In this document: positions 50,349 to 58,727 of the stretch, in pieces
Position numbering within the stretch: the first letter of the stretch is position 1
How the letters are laid out: the number at the start of each line of letters is the position of its first letter
Virus record (IMG/VR): IMGVR_UViG_3300033070_001583
Coordinates: 11,154 to 75,153 of that record
Length of the DNA: 64,000 nt
Direction: 5' to 3' (one strand)
DNA from: a virus
Lineage: Duplodnaviria > Caudoviricetes
The notes under the pieces: generated by a model
The model's database searches: none
The model's input: the letters and a program-made list of their open reading frames with translations, nothing else
Told to the model about the DNA's origin: nothing
Position numbers and translations under genes: made by a program

Positions 50349-51589
50349 CGAACGTAAAAATAACAGATCTGCCATCCGCATCGCTTCCGCTATCTGATGC
50401 AGAAATAGCCGTACTTGTACAGTCTGGTGTAACAAAACAAGTAAGCGTATCAAATTTTGGTAGCGCATCTTTGGCAGCGCATATTGCGGCGTCAGATCCG
50501 CATACTGTTTATGCGCTAACAGCATCGCTAGCTGGTACGATCAACCAAGCAATGATTGCTCACAATTCTGCATCGAATCCCCATACGCAGTATGTACTGA
50601 CGAGCTCACTTCCAATTAACAATTTTCTTGCAGTTACGCCTCCAACCGTTTCTAATGACAGTACGCAAGGATATACGACTGGATCACGATGGATTGACGT
50701 GAGCGGTTCTCTTGCATGGACGTGTCAAAGCGCCGCCGCGGGCTCGGCTAACTGGATCTTGAATGGATCCAGAGCAAACGTGTACACAGTTCCGGGATCG
50801 TATACGTGGACAAAACCCGCTTACGCAAGATCAGTAGAAGTCGTAATGATAGGAGGCGGCGGGGGCGGGGGATCAGGAAGACGCGGTCTTGCAGGTACGG
50901 TGCGCTCCGCTGGAGCCGGCGGTGGAGGAGGAGGAAGATCTGAGACTACGATTCCTGCATCTGCGCTAGGAGCGACTGAAACGGTAATCGTCGGAATAGG
51001 TGGTCCTGGTGGAGCTGCGATTGCAGTTGACTCTACAAACGGTGCTGCTGGTACTGCCGGAGGTACATCAAGTTTTGGAACAGGCACGACTATTGTGCGT
51101 GCAACTGGAGCCTTCGGCGGGGGTGGCGGTACCGCCGTAGCCGTAGCGGGTGGTACTGCTGGAGTAGGAGAGCTCGCCGGCGCGGCTGGTGGAGGATCAA
51201 GCGCAACTGGAGCTGCAGGTACTGTTGGAGCAGCGAGCCCCGGCGGAGGAAGCGGTGGTGGCGGGGGCGGAGGAATCACGACCGCAAACGTAGCAAGCGC
51301 CGGCGCTGCCGGCGGAGCTCGAGCAACAATGTGGGGATCTACGACTGGAGGTACTGCTGGCGGGGCTGGAGTTGCCGGTGGGGCCGGCCCATCTGCGGCG
51401 GTTGGATATCCCGCCGGTGGGGGCGGTGGAGGAGGGGGGGGAGCTGCGCTAGCAGCTCCAGCAGCCGCTGGTGGTACTGGAGGGAACTACGGTGCAGGCG
51501 GTGGAGGAGGAGGAGCTAGCGAAAATGGTTTCGCATCTGGAGCTGGCGGCGCTGGCGCCGGCGGAATTGTTGTCGTTATCTCATGGTAA
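50345..51589 (+). CDS. Glycine-rich tail fibre / decoration protein
   Basis: VKITDLP start; two H..A.(D/N)PHT.Y repeats; YTWTKP...VEVVMIGGGGGGGSG and a long Gly/Ala-rich tail. Confidence 0.82.
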   Translation: MTNVKITDLPSASLPLSDAEIAVLVQSGVTKQVSVSNFGSASLAAHIAASDPHTVYALTASLAGTINQAMIAHNSASNPHTQYVLTSSLPINNFLAVTPPTVSNDSTQGYTTGSRWIDVSGSLAWTCQSAAAGSANWILNGSRANVYTVPGSYTWTKPAYARSVEVVMIGGGGGGGSGRRGLAGTVRSAGAGGGGGGRSETTIPASALGATETVIVGIGGPGGAAIAVDSTNGAAGTAGGTSSFGTGTTIVRATGAFGGGGGTAVAVAGGTAGVGELAGAAGGGSSATGAAGTVGAASPGGGSGGGGGGGITTANVASAGAAGGARATMWGSTTGGTAGGAGVAGGAGPSAAVGYPAGGGGGGGGGAALAAPAAAGGTGGNYGAGGGGGGASENGFASGAGGAGAGGIVVVISW

Positions 51590-51620
51590 CACCTATATAA
51601 TACTCGGGAGATCATAGATC

Positions 51621-51968
51621 ATGGCAGCATTGGGAGATATTGTAAAGTTTACACTGACGGTTGAAAGTGCATTGCTCGACCGCCCTGCAATTGTGATGGA
51701 CGCAATGGGCGATACACTTCAACTGATGGTGTTTGTTGACGGATTGGCTGATTCGACCGGTCTTGAAGAGAACGAAAAGATCGAAAATCAGCCTGCAGTT
51801 GGCGGAAATAACGTACCAGTCAAGTGCGTTATGAGATCATCTGTTTCAAAGAACCTCACGCAGACAGCCGGGTGCTGGCGTCCCTTAGACGCTAGAGAGT
51901 CTCGCTTCTTAAATGCACAATGGGACTTCGAATCGAAGTCCCATTGTGCATTTAAGCCTCTAATCTGA
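51621..51968 (+). CDS. Hypothetical protein
   Basis: GGGAG RBS and TATAAT upstream. Confidence 0.65.
   Translation: MAALGDIVKFTLTVESALLDRPAIVMDAMGDTLQLMVFVDGLADSTGLEENEKIENQPAVGGNNVPVKCVMRSSVSKNLTQTAGCWRPLDARESRFLNAQWDFESKSHCAFKPLI
51908..51956. terminator. 23-bp perfect inverted repeat (3-nt loop) at a convergent gene junction; bidirectional terminator or processing hairpin
   Basis: CTTAAATGCACAATGGGACTTCG-aat-CGAAGTCCCATTGTGCATTTAAG. Confidence 0.7.
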
Positions 51969-52809
51969 ACTTGCGTCTCTTACCCGTTGGATGAATCAGG
52001 ATGAGATCATTCGAGAAACAGACAGATCCGTCAATCTGAGCTCCTTCTGGTATGACAGAGTCCAAATCGAGAGCGCATCCGCTTCCATCTGTCACGTCGC
52101 AGTAAATGTCCCAGCTGTAAGCGCAGGACCACTCTACGAATTCAGCATCTGTGAGGTGATACTCATGCTTGTCTTGAAGCTTATTTAGCAGCACGTCAAT
52201 CAGTCTGTTAAGCTTCGTTCCAGTCAGACGTAGCCCACTGTATGCCGCAGGGTCTCCAGCGAGATACGAGTCATTCGCGAGCTTATCTGTGTTCCTTCTT
52301 GTTGCAGGGACATATTGCGCATTTTTGAGACGGTCCGGAGGATTAAACATATGCGTTGTCGCAATCCCACGACCAGAAGTTTTGAACTCAGGCACCCAGA
52401 CAGTACCTGCCGGAGAGAGATAGTTCTGATGCGTCTCATACGTGCCCTTTGAGCGTGTTACTGAATCGATGAGACTGGAAAGCTTATTCAAGAAAGTTTC
52501 AGCAGGCAAGAGATCTGTTTCAAGATCTTGATTCATTGAAAAATTCAATGTATATGAAACTTTGTCATAATTGCCAGCAGGTCTCTTCTCTTCAAATCCG
52601 GTGTGTAGGTAGTAAGTGTATCCTGCAGCGTCAAGAGCTTTATTTACGATCTGTTGGAACGTGTTCTCGTCAATCGTAATGAGACGTTTCGGTAGTCTCT
52701 CGGCAGCTGCAAGAATCTCTTGAAAATACTTACGACGAGCCCATACATCGTCTCCAGCTTGCCCAGGTGGTTCTGATTCGAGAATCAGATTCTTTAGTGT
52801 ATGATTCAT
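51952..52809 (-). CDS. Tandem paralogue family member A (unknown function)
   Basis: MNHTLKNLILE; GTVWVPEFKTSGRG; EFVEW; HPTGKRR. Confidence 0.8.
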   Translation of the reverse strand: MNHTLKNLILESEPPGQAGDDVWARRKYFQEILAAAERLPKRLITIDENTFQQIVNKALDAAGYTYYLHTGFEEKRPAGNYDKVSYTLNFSMNQDLETDLLPAETFLNKLSSLIDSVTRSKGTYETHQNYLSPAGTVWVPEFKTSGRGIATTHMFNPPDRLKNAQYVPATRRNTDKLANDSYLAGDPAAYSGLRLTGTKLNRLIDVLLNKLQDKHEYHLTDAEFVEWSCAYSWDIYCDVTDGSGCALDLDSVIPEGAQIDGSVCFSNDLILIHPTGKRRKFRLEA

Positions 52810-53576
52810 TTGTAGCTCTTCTTTCTTCCTGTTGGTGATGTAATCACGTATCCATTGAGCTGCACTTGAATCTGTCCAACTGCTTTCGTTGGAAGCGGAT
52901 CATCCCATTCAATTTCATTTTCATCTTCGTCAACAAAATATGCTGAATCCGTGAGCGACATAATCACATTCCACTCGACAATGTCGAAATCTGTGATATC
53001 ATACTCTCGCTTCTTTGGTAGCGAAGTAATTGTAGCAAAAGATCTAAACTCATCTGAAAGAAAGAAATCAGTATTTTTCCCAGATACGTCAGCCGGATCG
53101 TCTGATTGCGATATGAGAGCTAGCTCTCTGTCCGACGGCTTCGGTTGGCCGTAATTGTTCGCAGCATCGTCATAATGTATCACACCACGAGATAGCGTGC
53201 GGAAAACAGGAACGCTGATTGTGCCGCCCTTCCATACGGGGGAGCCTTCAGAATCTGAATAGAGTGGCTTTCCCAAAAGAGATGAGAGACCTTTTATGAT
53301 CTTATTACTGACGTCTCCAGTGGAAAGATCTGTAACTCCGTGCACGAATACATTACACGAACACAGTATATCCGTTGATTGCTCGTCAACGGTGAATGTG
53401 TCATCTGGCAGCACACGTTTGATGACACTAAAAATTTCGTGACTCTCTGGTGGACGACGAAGACGCGTTGCTCTACGCGAAAGTTCGTAAGCATTGTGAG
53501 CCGTAAGATACCGATTCGTAATACGGTCGTCATCATCGGGACCCTCTGCGATCAGAGAGCGAAGCGTATAGATCAT
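52806..53576 (-). CDS. Tandem paralogue family member B
   Basis: MIYTLRSLIAE; GTISVPVFRTLSRG; DIVEW; SPTGRKK. Confidence 0.8.
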   Translation of the reverse strand: MIYTLRSLIAEGPDDDDRITNRYLTAHNAYELSRRATRLRRPPESHEIFSVIKRVLPDDTFTVDEQSTDILCSCNVFVHGVTDLSTGDVSNKIIKGLSSLLGKPLYSDSEGSPVWKGGTISVPVFRTLSRGVIHYDDAANNYGQPKPSDRELALISQSDDPADVSGKNTDFFLSDEFRSFATITSLPKKREYDITDFDIVEWNVIMSLTDSAYFVDEDENEIEWDDPLPTKAVGQIQVQLNGYVITSPTGRKKSYK

Positions 53577-53582
53577 CTCAGA

Positions 53583-54344
53583 CTATAAATAATCTACTCG
53601 AACTCTCTTACCTGTCCATCCATCTAGTTTGAGATCAGAGACAGTCAAAAAGAGAGAAAGATCTCCGCTACTCGTATCTGCGCCGATGCTAACCTGCAGT
53701 TTGCATGACACTGCGCACTCTTCAAGTTCTCTACAAAGTGGATCATCCTTGTGTTCAGCTCTCAGATTTGATACCGCGACAAGATAAGGAGCCTCTCGTG
53801 AAAAGTCTGCAGTCGAGAGATTAAAAGCGTCCCTTGCAAAAAAAATCGGCTCGATATGACACTCATTTCCTCTTGGAAACGAAATAACAGGAAGCCAGAG
53901 AGTTCCCATACTCATGTTACAGTTGAAATCTGCGAAATCTGATTCCTGTTGCTCAATGAAATCGCTAGCGCGGAAACGTTTTGCAACGGCCTTGAGCGCA
54001 TCTCTTGCATCTGGGATACTGTATCGTGTACCTGTCACATCAACATTCGTGTAATAAGAAGAGTGTGCATCAGCCACATCTATTTGTTGGTGTACACTCG
54101 GGCTCAGAGCTCTCTGACAAGCTCGAGTTATCTGTACAACAAGATTTTTGTGGTACGGTACATCAGATATCTCGTAACAGTCTGTAAGTTTCCACTTTTC
54201 AACGATCGAGCGGTTCAGAGGATGTCTTGCGACTCTCTGAACAATGTAATTTATCCACTCTTTACGTTGATTCGGAGTATCGTCGGCATTTAGAGAATAA
54301 CCCTCACGAAGTAGCGAACTCAATGAGTATTGAAGCATACTCAT
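53583..54344 (-). CDS. Tandem paralogue family member C
   Basis: QYSLSSLLRE; GTLWLPVISFPRGN; LRAEHKDD; LEE; WTGKR. Confidence 0.8.
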   Translation of the reverse strand: MSMLQYSLSSLLREGYSLNADDTPNQRKEWINYIVQRVARHPLNRSIVEKWKLTDCYEISDVPYHKNLVVQITRACQRALSPSVHQQIDVADAHSSYYTNVDVTGTRYSIPDARDALKAVAKRFRASDFIEQQESDFADFNCNMSMGTLWLPVISFPRGNECHIEPIFFARDAFNLSTADFSREAPYLVAVSNLRAEHKDDPLCRELEECAVSCKLQVSIGADTSSGDLSLFLTVSDLKLDGWTGKRVRVDYL

Positions 54345-55117
54345 AAATAACTCACTGCAATCCGTTTCCCTGTTGACCCTCGGGTGATACAGTCGGTCAT
54401 TGTGAGACCGAAGATAATCGTCTGCGGTTGAACCTCCATAACATTCAGGAAGAGTGTGACAGTGACATCATACTCCTCAAGCGCGTTACAGTGAGGATCA
54501 TCCTTGTATCCCGGTCTCAGAGCTCCAATGGCTTCAAAGAAAGGAGTTAGAGGGTCATAAATTCCCTGACCAGGCCTGGATGGTATTCCAAGGTTATGTC
54601 TTATATCGGATGTATCTCGCGTCCATGGAATCTGTACCTCGTCTCCACGTGTTAGTGTCAGGACAGGAAGCCATATCGAACCAACGTTGATGTCGACAAG
54701 CTTGAGTACGCCATGACCAGAGACGCCTTCGACCTTCAAACTCTTCGAGAGTTCACGGATACAGGCGTCGACAATCTGATTCACAGATGACTCTGTCCTA
54801 AGGACACTGGAGTACGAGCTGTTATACCCAAGCCGTCTATATTGTTCAGCGGTATCGGAAACGATACGGTGCCGTCTCAGAGCTCGCTTTACTGAAGATA
54901 CAACAGATTGAAATAGCTCGTTAACAGTGGCACTGTCATTGCACTTATCTTTGAACTTCTGATCAAGACAGAACCTGTGAATCGTATTTCGATTAAGCGG
55001 ATGAGATCGTACTCGTTCCATGACATGACGTGCCCACTCTCTCCGAGCTAGCAAGATATCCTGTGGAGTCGCATCTGACTCGTCGTCAATGAGCGATTCA
55101 AGCGTTATGTGTGACAT
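54341..55117 (-). CDS. Tandem paralogue family member D
   Basis: HITLESLIDDE; GSIWLPVLTLTRGD; LRPGYKDD; LEEY; STGKR. Confidence 0.8.
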   Translation of the reverse strand: MSHITLESLIDDESDATPQDILLARREWARHVMERVRSHPLNRNTIHRFCLDQKFKDKCNDSATVNELFQSVVSSVKRALRRHRIVSDTAEQYRRLGYNSSYSSVLRTESSVNQIVDACIRELSKSLKVEGVSGHGVLKLVDINVGSIWLPVLTLTRGDEVQIPWTRDTSDIRHNLGIPSRPGQGIYDPLTPFFEAIGALRPGYKDDPHCNALEEYDVTVTLFLNVMEVQPQTIIFGLTMTDCITRGSTGKRIAVSYL

Positions 55118-55959
55118 CAGAAATCCGCAGGAATTCTATTCCCAATAGAACCCAGTGCTATGAGACTGTGACCGGTCGTTATAGATACTGTCAATGTGCC
55201 GTCCGTTTGTGCTGCAAAGTATACAGCGAACGTTACGCCTACAGAATACTCTTCAAGTTCGTCAACTCTTGGAGTGTCTTTTGCATCTGGTCTGAGTGCA
55301 CTAACAGCACCGAGATATCCAACTGTGTCTCCGGGCTCCGTAGAAAGAACACGTATGAGAGTTGGAGACTTTGAAACATCTGTGGCGGTTATGATCGGCG
55401 TCTCATCATTTCCGCGAGAGAGCGTGAGAACTGGCAAGAGAAGCGTACCAAGCTCATACATAAAAGTGTAACTCCCACCAGCACCCGCAGTACGTGTTGC
55501 GTACGCCTGCTGTTGAACCGGAGTCAAACCATTTGGCATTTTAGGAATGGGCTGTACGACTTCTTCATATCCGAGAGACGAGATACGAGAATGAATTCGT
55601 TCTCTCAGTTCTTGAGCCTCATCTGGTGCGTAAGAAGATGTCCAGTAATAAGGAAGTCCCTCTGCATTGTATGACATCGGCTCGAGCGTTGGCATATGAG
55701 ACATAATGTTCGAGAGCGTACGCATCACTCTGTAGTATCCAGGAGCCTTTGGACCGACGAATCTCTCTTTCCCAGCGTCGAGATTCCAGTCCTTGACCAG
55801 CTTTCTGTTGTGAGGGAGACTTAGAGTACGTTTGAGAACGTATTTCATCCACCGCTCTCTACCAGCAGGTTCAAGAGCCCTCAACTCTTCCGGTGTCTCC
55901 TCGCCAGTTAGCAGAGTATCACGAGCTTCAATGAGCGAGCTTAGCGTAAAGTCTGACAT
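55117..55959 (-). CDS. Tandem paralogue family member E
   Basis: DFTLSSLIE; GTLLLPVLTLSRGN; LRPDAKD; LEEY; SIGNR. Confidence 0.8.
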   Translation of the reverse strand: MSDFTLSSLIEARDTLLTGEETPEELRALEPAGRERWMKYVLKRTLSLPHNRKLVKDWNLDAGKERFVGPKAPGYYRVMRTLSNIMSHMPTLEPMSYNAEGLPYYWTSSYAPDEAQELRERIHSRISSLGYEEVVQPIPKMPNGLTPVQQQAYATRTAGAGGSYTFMYELGTLLLPVLTLSRGNDETPIITATDVSKSPTLIRVLSTEPGDTVGYLGAVSALRPDAKDTPRVDELEEYSVGVTFAVYFAAQTDGTLTVSITTGHSLIALGSIGNRIPADF

Positions 55960-55976
55960 TCACGTATAAATATACG

Positions 55977-56669
55977 CTAAATCCACTCTCTCGTTCGACC
56001 GGTTCGATACAGGAATACTGGATCATACGTTTTCCCAAATGATATCCTGCCATTTACGGGCGTATCTGATGTCATCTCAAGATAAATCGGAGCGCCAGTG
56101 CTTGCGTCGTTAATCGATATATCAAGTGATATCTCTGTACCAAGAGCATATTCGTGATATTCAACATTAGAAAAATCATCCTTCCAGATATCTCTCAAAT
56201 CGTGATGATTTAGAAGCTCTTGACGAAGCACATCATGCGAATGTCCTACTGGATTAAAATACGTATTTCCTCTTGGGTGCTTTAGATGCGGTACAAAAAC
56301 ATTTCCCATCGTGTGTGTACACGTGAGTGATGTCGATTTCTGTCTGGTAACTGAGACGTTGGACGGTACGAGACTGTATACCTTTGCAATACGTCGTAGA
56401 ATGCTGACTGGCGTACGTTCCAGCTTTCCTACAAAGAATTCGTCATACTCGTTAACGTCAAATCCGATCTTTCTCATCGTATCTGAAAGAGTCAATTTCA
56501 AACGAGTTGAAATATTATCTGCCCATTCTCGTTCTTTCCCTGCGAGAATCTCTATTCTTTCCTCTACGCGAGAAAGAACATATTTTACGTATACGTTTCT
56601 TCCGATATTACGATCGTTACAATTATCTGATTCTGCAATGAGTTTATTAATCGTGTACATTTTATTCAA
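55977..56669 (-). CDS. Tandem paralogue family member F (start probably ATG 56660)
   Basis: MYTINKLIAE; GNVFVPHLKHPRGN; LRDIWKDD; YHEY; RTGRTR. Confidence 0.8.
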   Translation of the reverse strand: MNKMYTINKLIAESDNCNDRNIGRNVYVKYVLSRVEERIEILAGKEREWADNISTRLKLTLSDTMRKIGFDVNEYDEFFVGKLERTPVSILRRIAKVYSLVPSNVSVTRQKSTSLTCTHTMGNVFVPHLKHPRGNTYFNPVGHSHDVLRQELLNHHDLRDIWKDDFSNVEYHEYALGTEISLDISINDASTGAPIYLEMTSDTPVNGRISFGKTYDPVFLYRTGRTREWI

Positions 56670-57400
56670 ATACTCTCCCGTACGCGGCCAGTTGGATACA
56701 GGTAAACAGGAAAAATGCTTCTGACACCAATCGAAACTGTACCATCGACATTTGTTCCATCGTCGGTCAGATCATCATAGCTCAGAGTTACAAACATCCC
56801 ATCAGGTGTCTCTTCAACAATCGAACACGAGATTGAGATCTCAGAACCAAGCGTCCACTCATGGTACTCGACTCCAATAAGATCATCTTTGTGATCAGGT
56901 CTCAGCTTGCTAACAGCAATATTCAGCTTCGAACCCAGTTCAGACAGAGACATCCCCGTCGGGTCGATTTCAAGCTTATTTCCACGTGGGTGCAAGAAAA
57001 CGGGTACCCATGCATGCCCCGATGAATGAGTTGCAACCATCGTGTTTGTGATTCCATTTGCTTCTAGATCCCCTTGTCTGAGACCGAGACCCTTGCAGAT
57101 TCCACGGATTACTTGCGAGGGTGAGACCGGTAGAGATACGCTACGAAACTGGTATGCAGCGTGTTGATACTCGGTCTCTCTGATACCCATACGTGCAAGT
57201 ATTCGCGGCACCGTGCTCCGCAGAGTTTTAGGAAACTGAATTGCCCACTCTCTTGCTGCGGGATAATCCCTGTCTCCGCTCCTCCGAGCTCGATTGAGAG
57301 CATGGAGACTGTAGTCACCGCGTCCATCGAGATGAGTCGGTTCACTCTCATCGTCTGATTCGCCCTCACTGATGAGCCGTGAGAGGGTATGGTCGGTCAT
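56666..57400 (-). CDS. Tandem paralogue family member G
   Basis: DHTLSRLISE; GHAWVPVFLHPRGN; LRPDHKDD; YHEW; PTGRVR. Confidence 0.8.
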   Translation of the reverse strand: MTDHTLSRLISEGESDDESEPTHLDGRGDYSLHALNRARRSGDRDYPAAREWAIQFPKTLRSTVPRILARMGIRETEYQHAAYQFRSVSLPVSPSQVIRGICKGLGLRQGDLEANGITNTMVATHSSGHAWVPVFLHPRGNKLEIDPTGMSLSELGSKLNIAVSKLRPDHKDDLIGVEYHEWTLGSEISISCSIVEETPDGMFVTLSYDDLTDDGTNVDGTVSIGVRSIFPVYLYPTGRVRESI

Positions 57401-58065
57401 GGTTTGTCGAAGCTCTTTCCTGTTTGAGATATGAGACAGCAGTCTGCTGACGAAGTGATCAGCTTACCTGCGCCCTGATCTACGTGACATTTCGAGTAAA
57501 ATCTTGGTCCGACCGTCCATTCCTTCCATACGACAGAAACAGGATCGTCTTTCCTGAGTGGTCTGAGTTCTCGCAAACGATCTCGCATGTTTCTGGCGGT
57601 CCCAACGAGTGATGTCCTTGCGGGATCGAAATTGTAGATATCTCCTCGTGCAAGGATGATTTCCGGAAAGAACGTTTTTTTCGTCTCAAGATATCCGATC
57701 GTGTATCCAGTGATATTTTTTTCGATGTCTTTAATTCCCATCTGTCTGAGAGTGTGAGTACAAAATTGATCTGGAGTCATCTCGAATTCTGACGCTGTGA
57801 AGTCTATGCCGAACTCTGTTCTGTTCTCAACGTGCGTGTATGTTCCACATCCCGCCACAAGCCGAGAGAGCCAGTCATCATTGTAAAGAGTTTTCGCACA
57901 TATACGATCTGCTCTCTCGACACTGAGGGATTCGATTCTCTCGTATTCTCGAATGATATCCCATGAGAGAACAGATTTCATCCAATTATCTCTTCCAACG
58001 AGATCTGTTTCCTCGTCTCTTCCTCTGGCTTCTGTTATGAGACCTCGTAGCGTATGATCTTGCAC
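57397..58065 (-). CDS. Tandem paralogue family member H
   Basis: DHTLRGLITE; FFPEIILARGD; LRPLRKDD; WKEW; QTGK. Confidence 0.8.
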   Translation of the reverse strand: MQDHTLRGLITEARGRDEETDLVGRDNWMKSVLSWDIIREYERIESLSVERADRICAKTLYNDDWLSRLVAGCGTYTHVENRTEFGIDFTASEFEMTPDQFCTHTLRQMGIKDIEKNITGYTIGYLETKKTFFPEIILARGDIYNFDPARTSLVGTARNMRDRLRELRPLRKDDPVSVVWKEWTVGPRFYSKCHVDQGAGKLITSSADCCLISQTGKSFDKP

Positions 58066-58082
58066 GGGTTAAATACTCTGTT

Positions 58083-58727
58083 TCACATCAATCGCGTTCT
58101 AATACCCGCATCGATTTGCATTTTTGGCTGCTGAGCTAGCGAGATTGACATATCTGTTGCAGTGCCACCCTTTGAATGGACGCTGAGAGTTACGGTAAGA
58201 GAACAAACTGTCTGCCACTCCAATAGCCTGAAACCCGAGAGATCGTCTTTTTGATGAGGTCTCAGCTCTTCGATCTTGCGTAGCATTGCAGATTTAGCGC
58301 TGCTCACAAGATCACCGGTGGGATCATAATCGAACACATTCCCCCGGGGGTGGTAAAATTCGGGAAGCCACCGTTTGCCGGTTGGAACATCACAAACTCC
58401 GTAGATTGACTCTGGAAAAATCGATACCTTGCTCAGCCCAAATGGGAGCTCTTTTGCGATTTTCGCCCACACACGGTTTGGTGAAACATCGGGAAGATTC
58501 TTCTCTGATCTGACTCCTGTCGGAGTGATCTGCGAAATGAATCCCAGAGATTGGAAGCTCCTCACGAGAGCTCTAGAGCACTCAGAGACACCTCGATCGT
58601 ACGCTCCCAGAGTGTCTCTCTTTCCCGAGCGGAGGTCAGCGAGCTTGAATGCATGGTTGGCATAGTCCAGTCTCTGTGCTCTCGTGTCAGAGGTGTCTTC
58701 GACGAGGGATCTCAGTGTGTGGGTCAT
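58083..58727 (-). CDS. Tandem paralogue family member I (start 58727, GAGGA RBS)
   Basis: MTHTLRSLVE; GKRWLPEFYHPRGN; LRPHQKDD; LLEW. Confidence 0.8.
   Translation of the reverse strand: MTHTLRSLVEDTSDTRAQRLDYANHAFKLADLRSGKRDTLGAYDRGVSECSRALVRSFQSLGFISQITPTGVRSEKNLPDVSPNRVWAKIAKELPFGLSKVSIFPESIYGVCDVPTGKRWLPEFYHPRGNVFDYDPTGDLVSSAKSAMLRKIEELRPHQKDDLSGFRLLEWQTVCSLTVTLSVHSKGGTATDMSISLAQQPKMQIDAGIRTRLM

Noticed and set aside
50821-51589. GC-rich GGC/GGA repeats as a mobile or regulatory element
   Set aside because: Fully explained by the Gly/Ala-rich fibre protein coding sequence.
53584-55972. TATAAATA read as plus-strand T4 late promoters
   Set aside because: No plus-strand genes downstream; better explained as TATTTATA on the coding strand.
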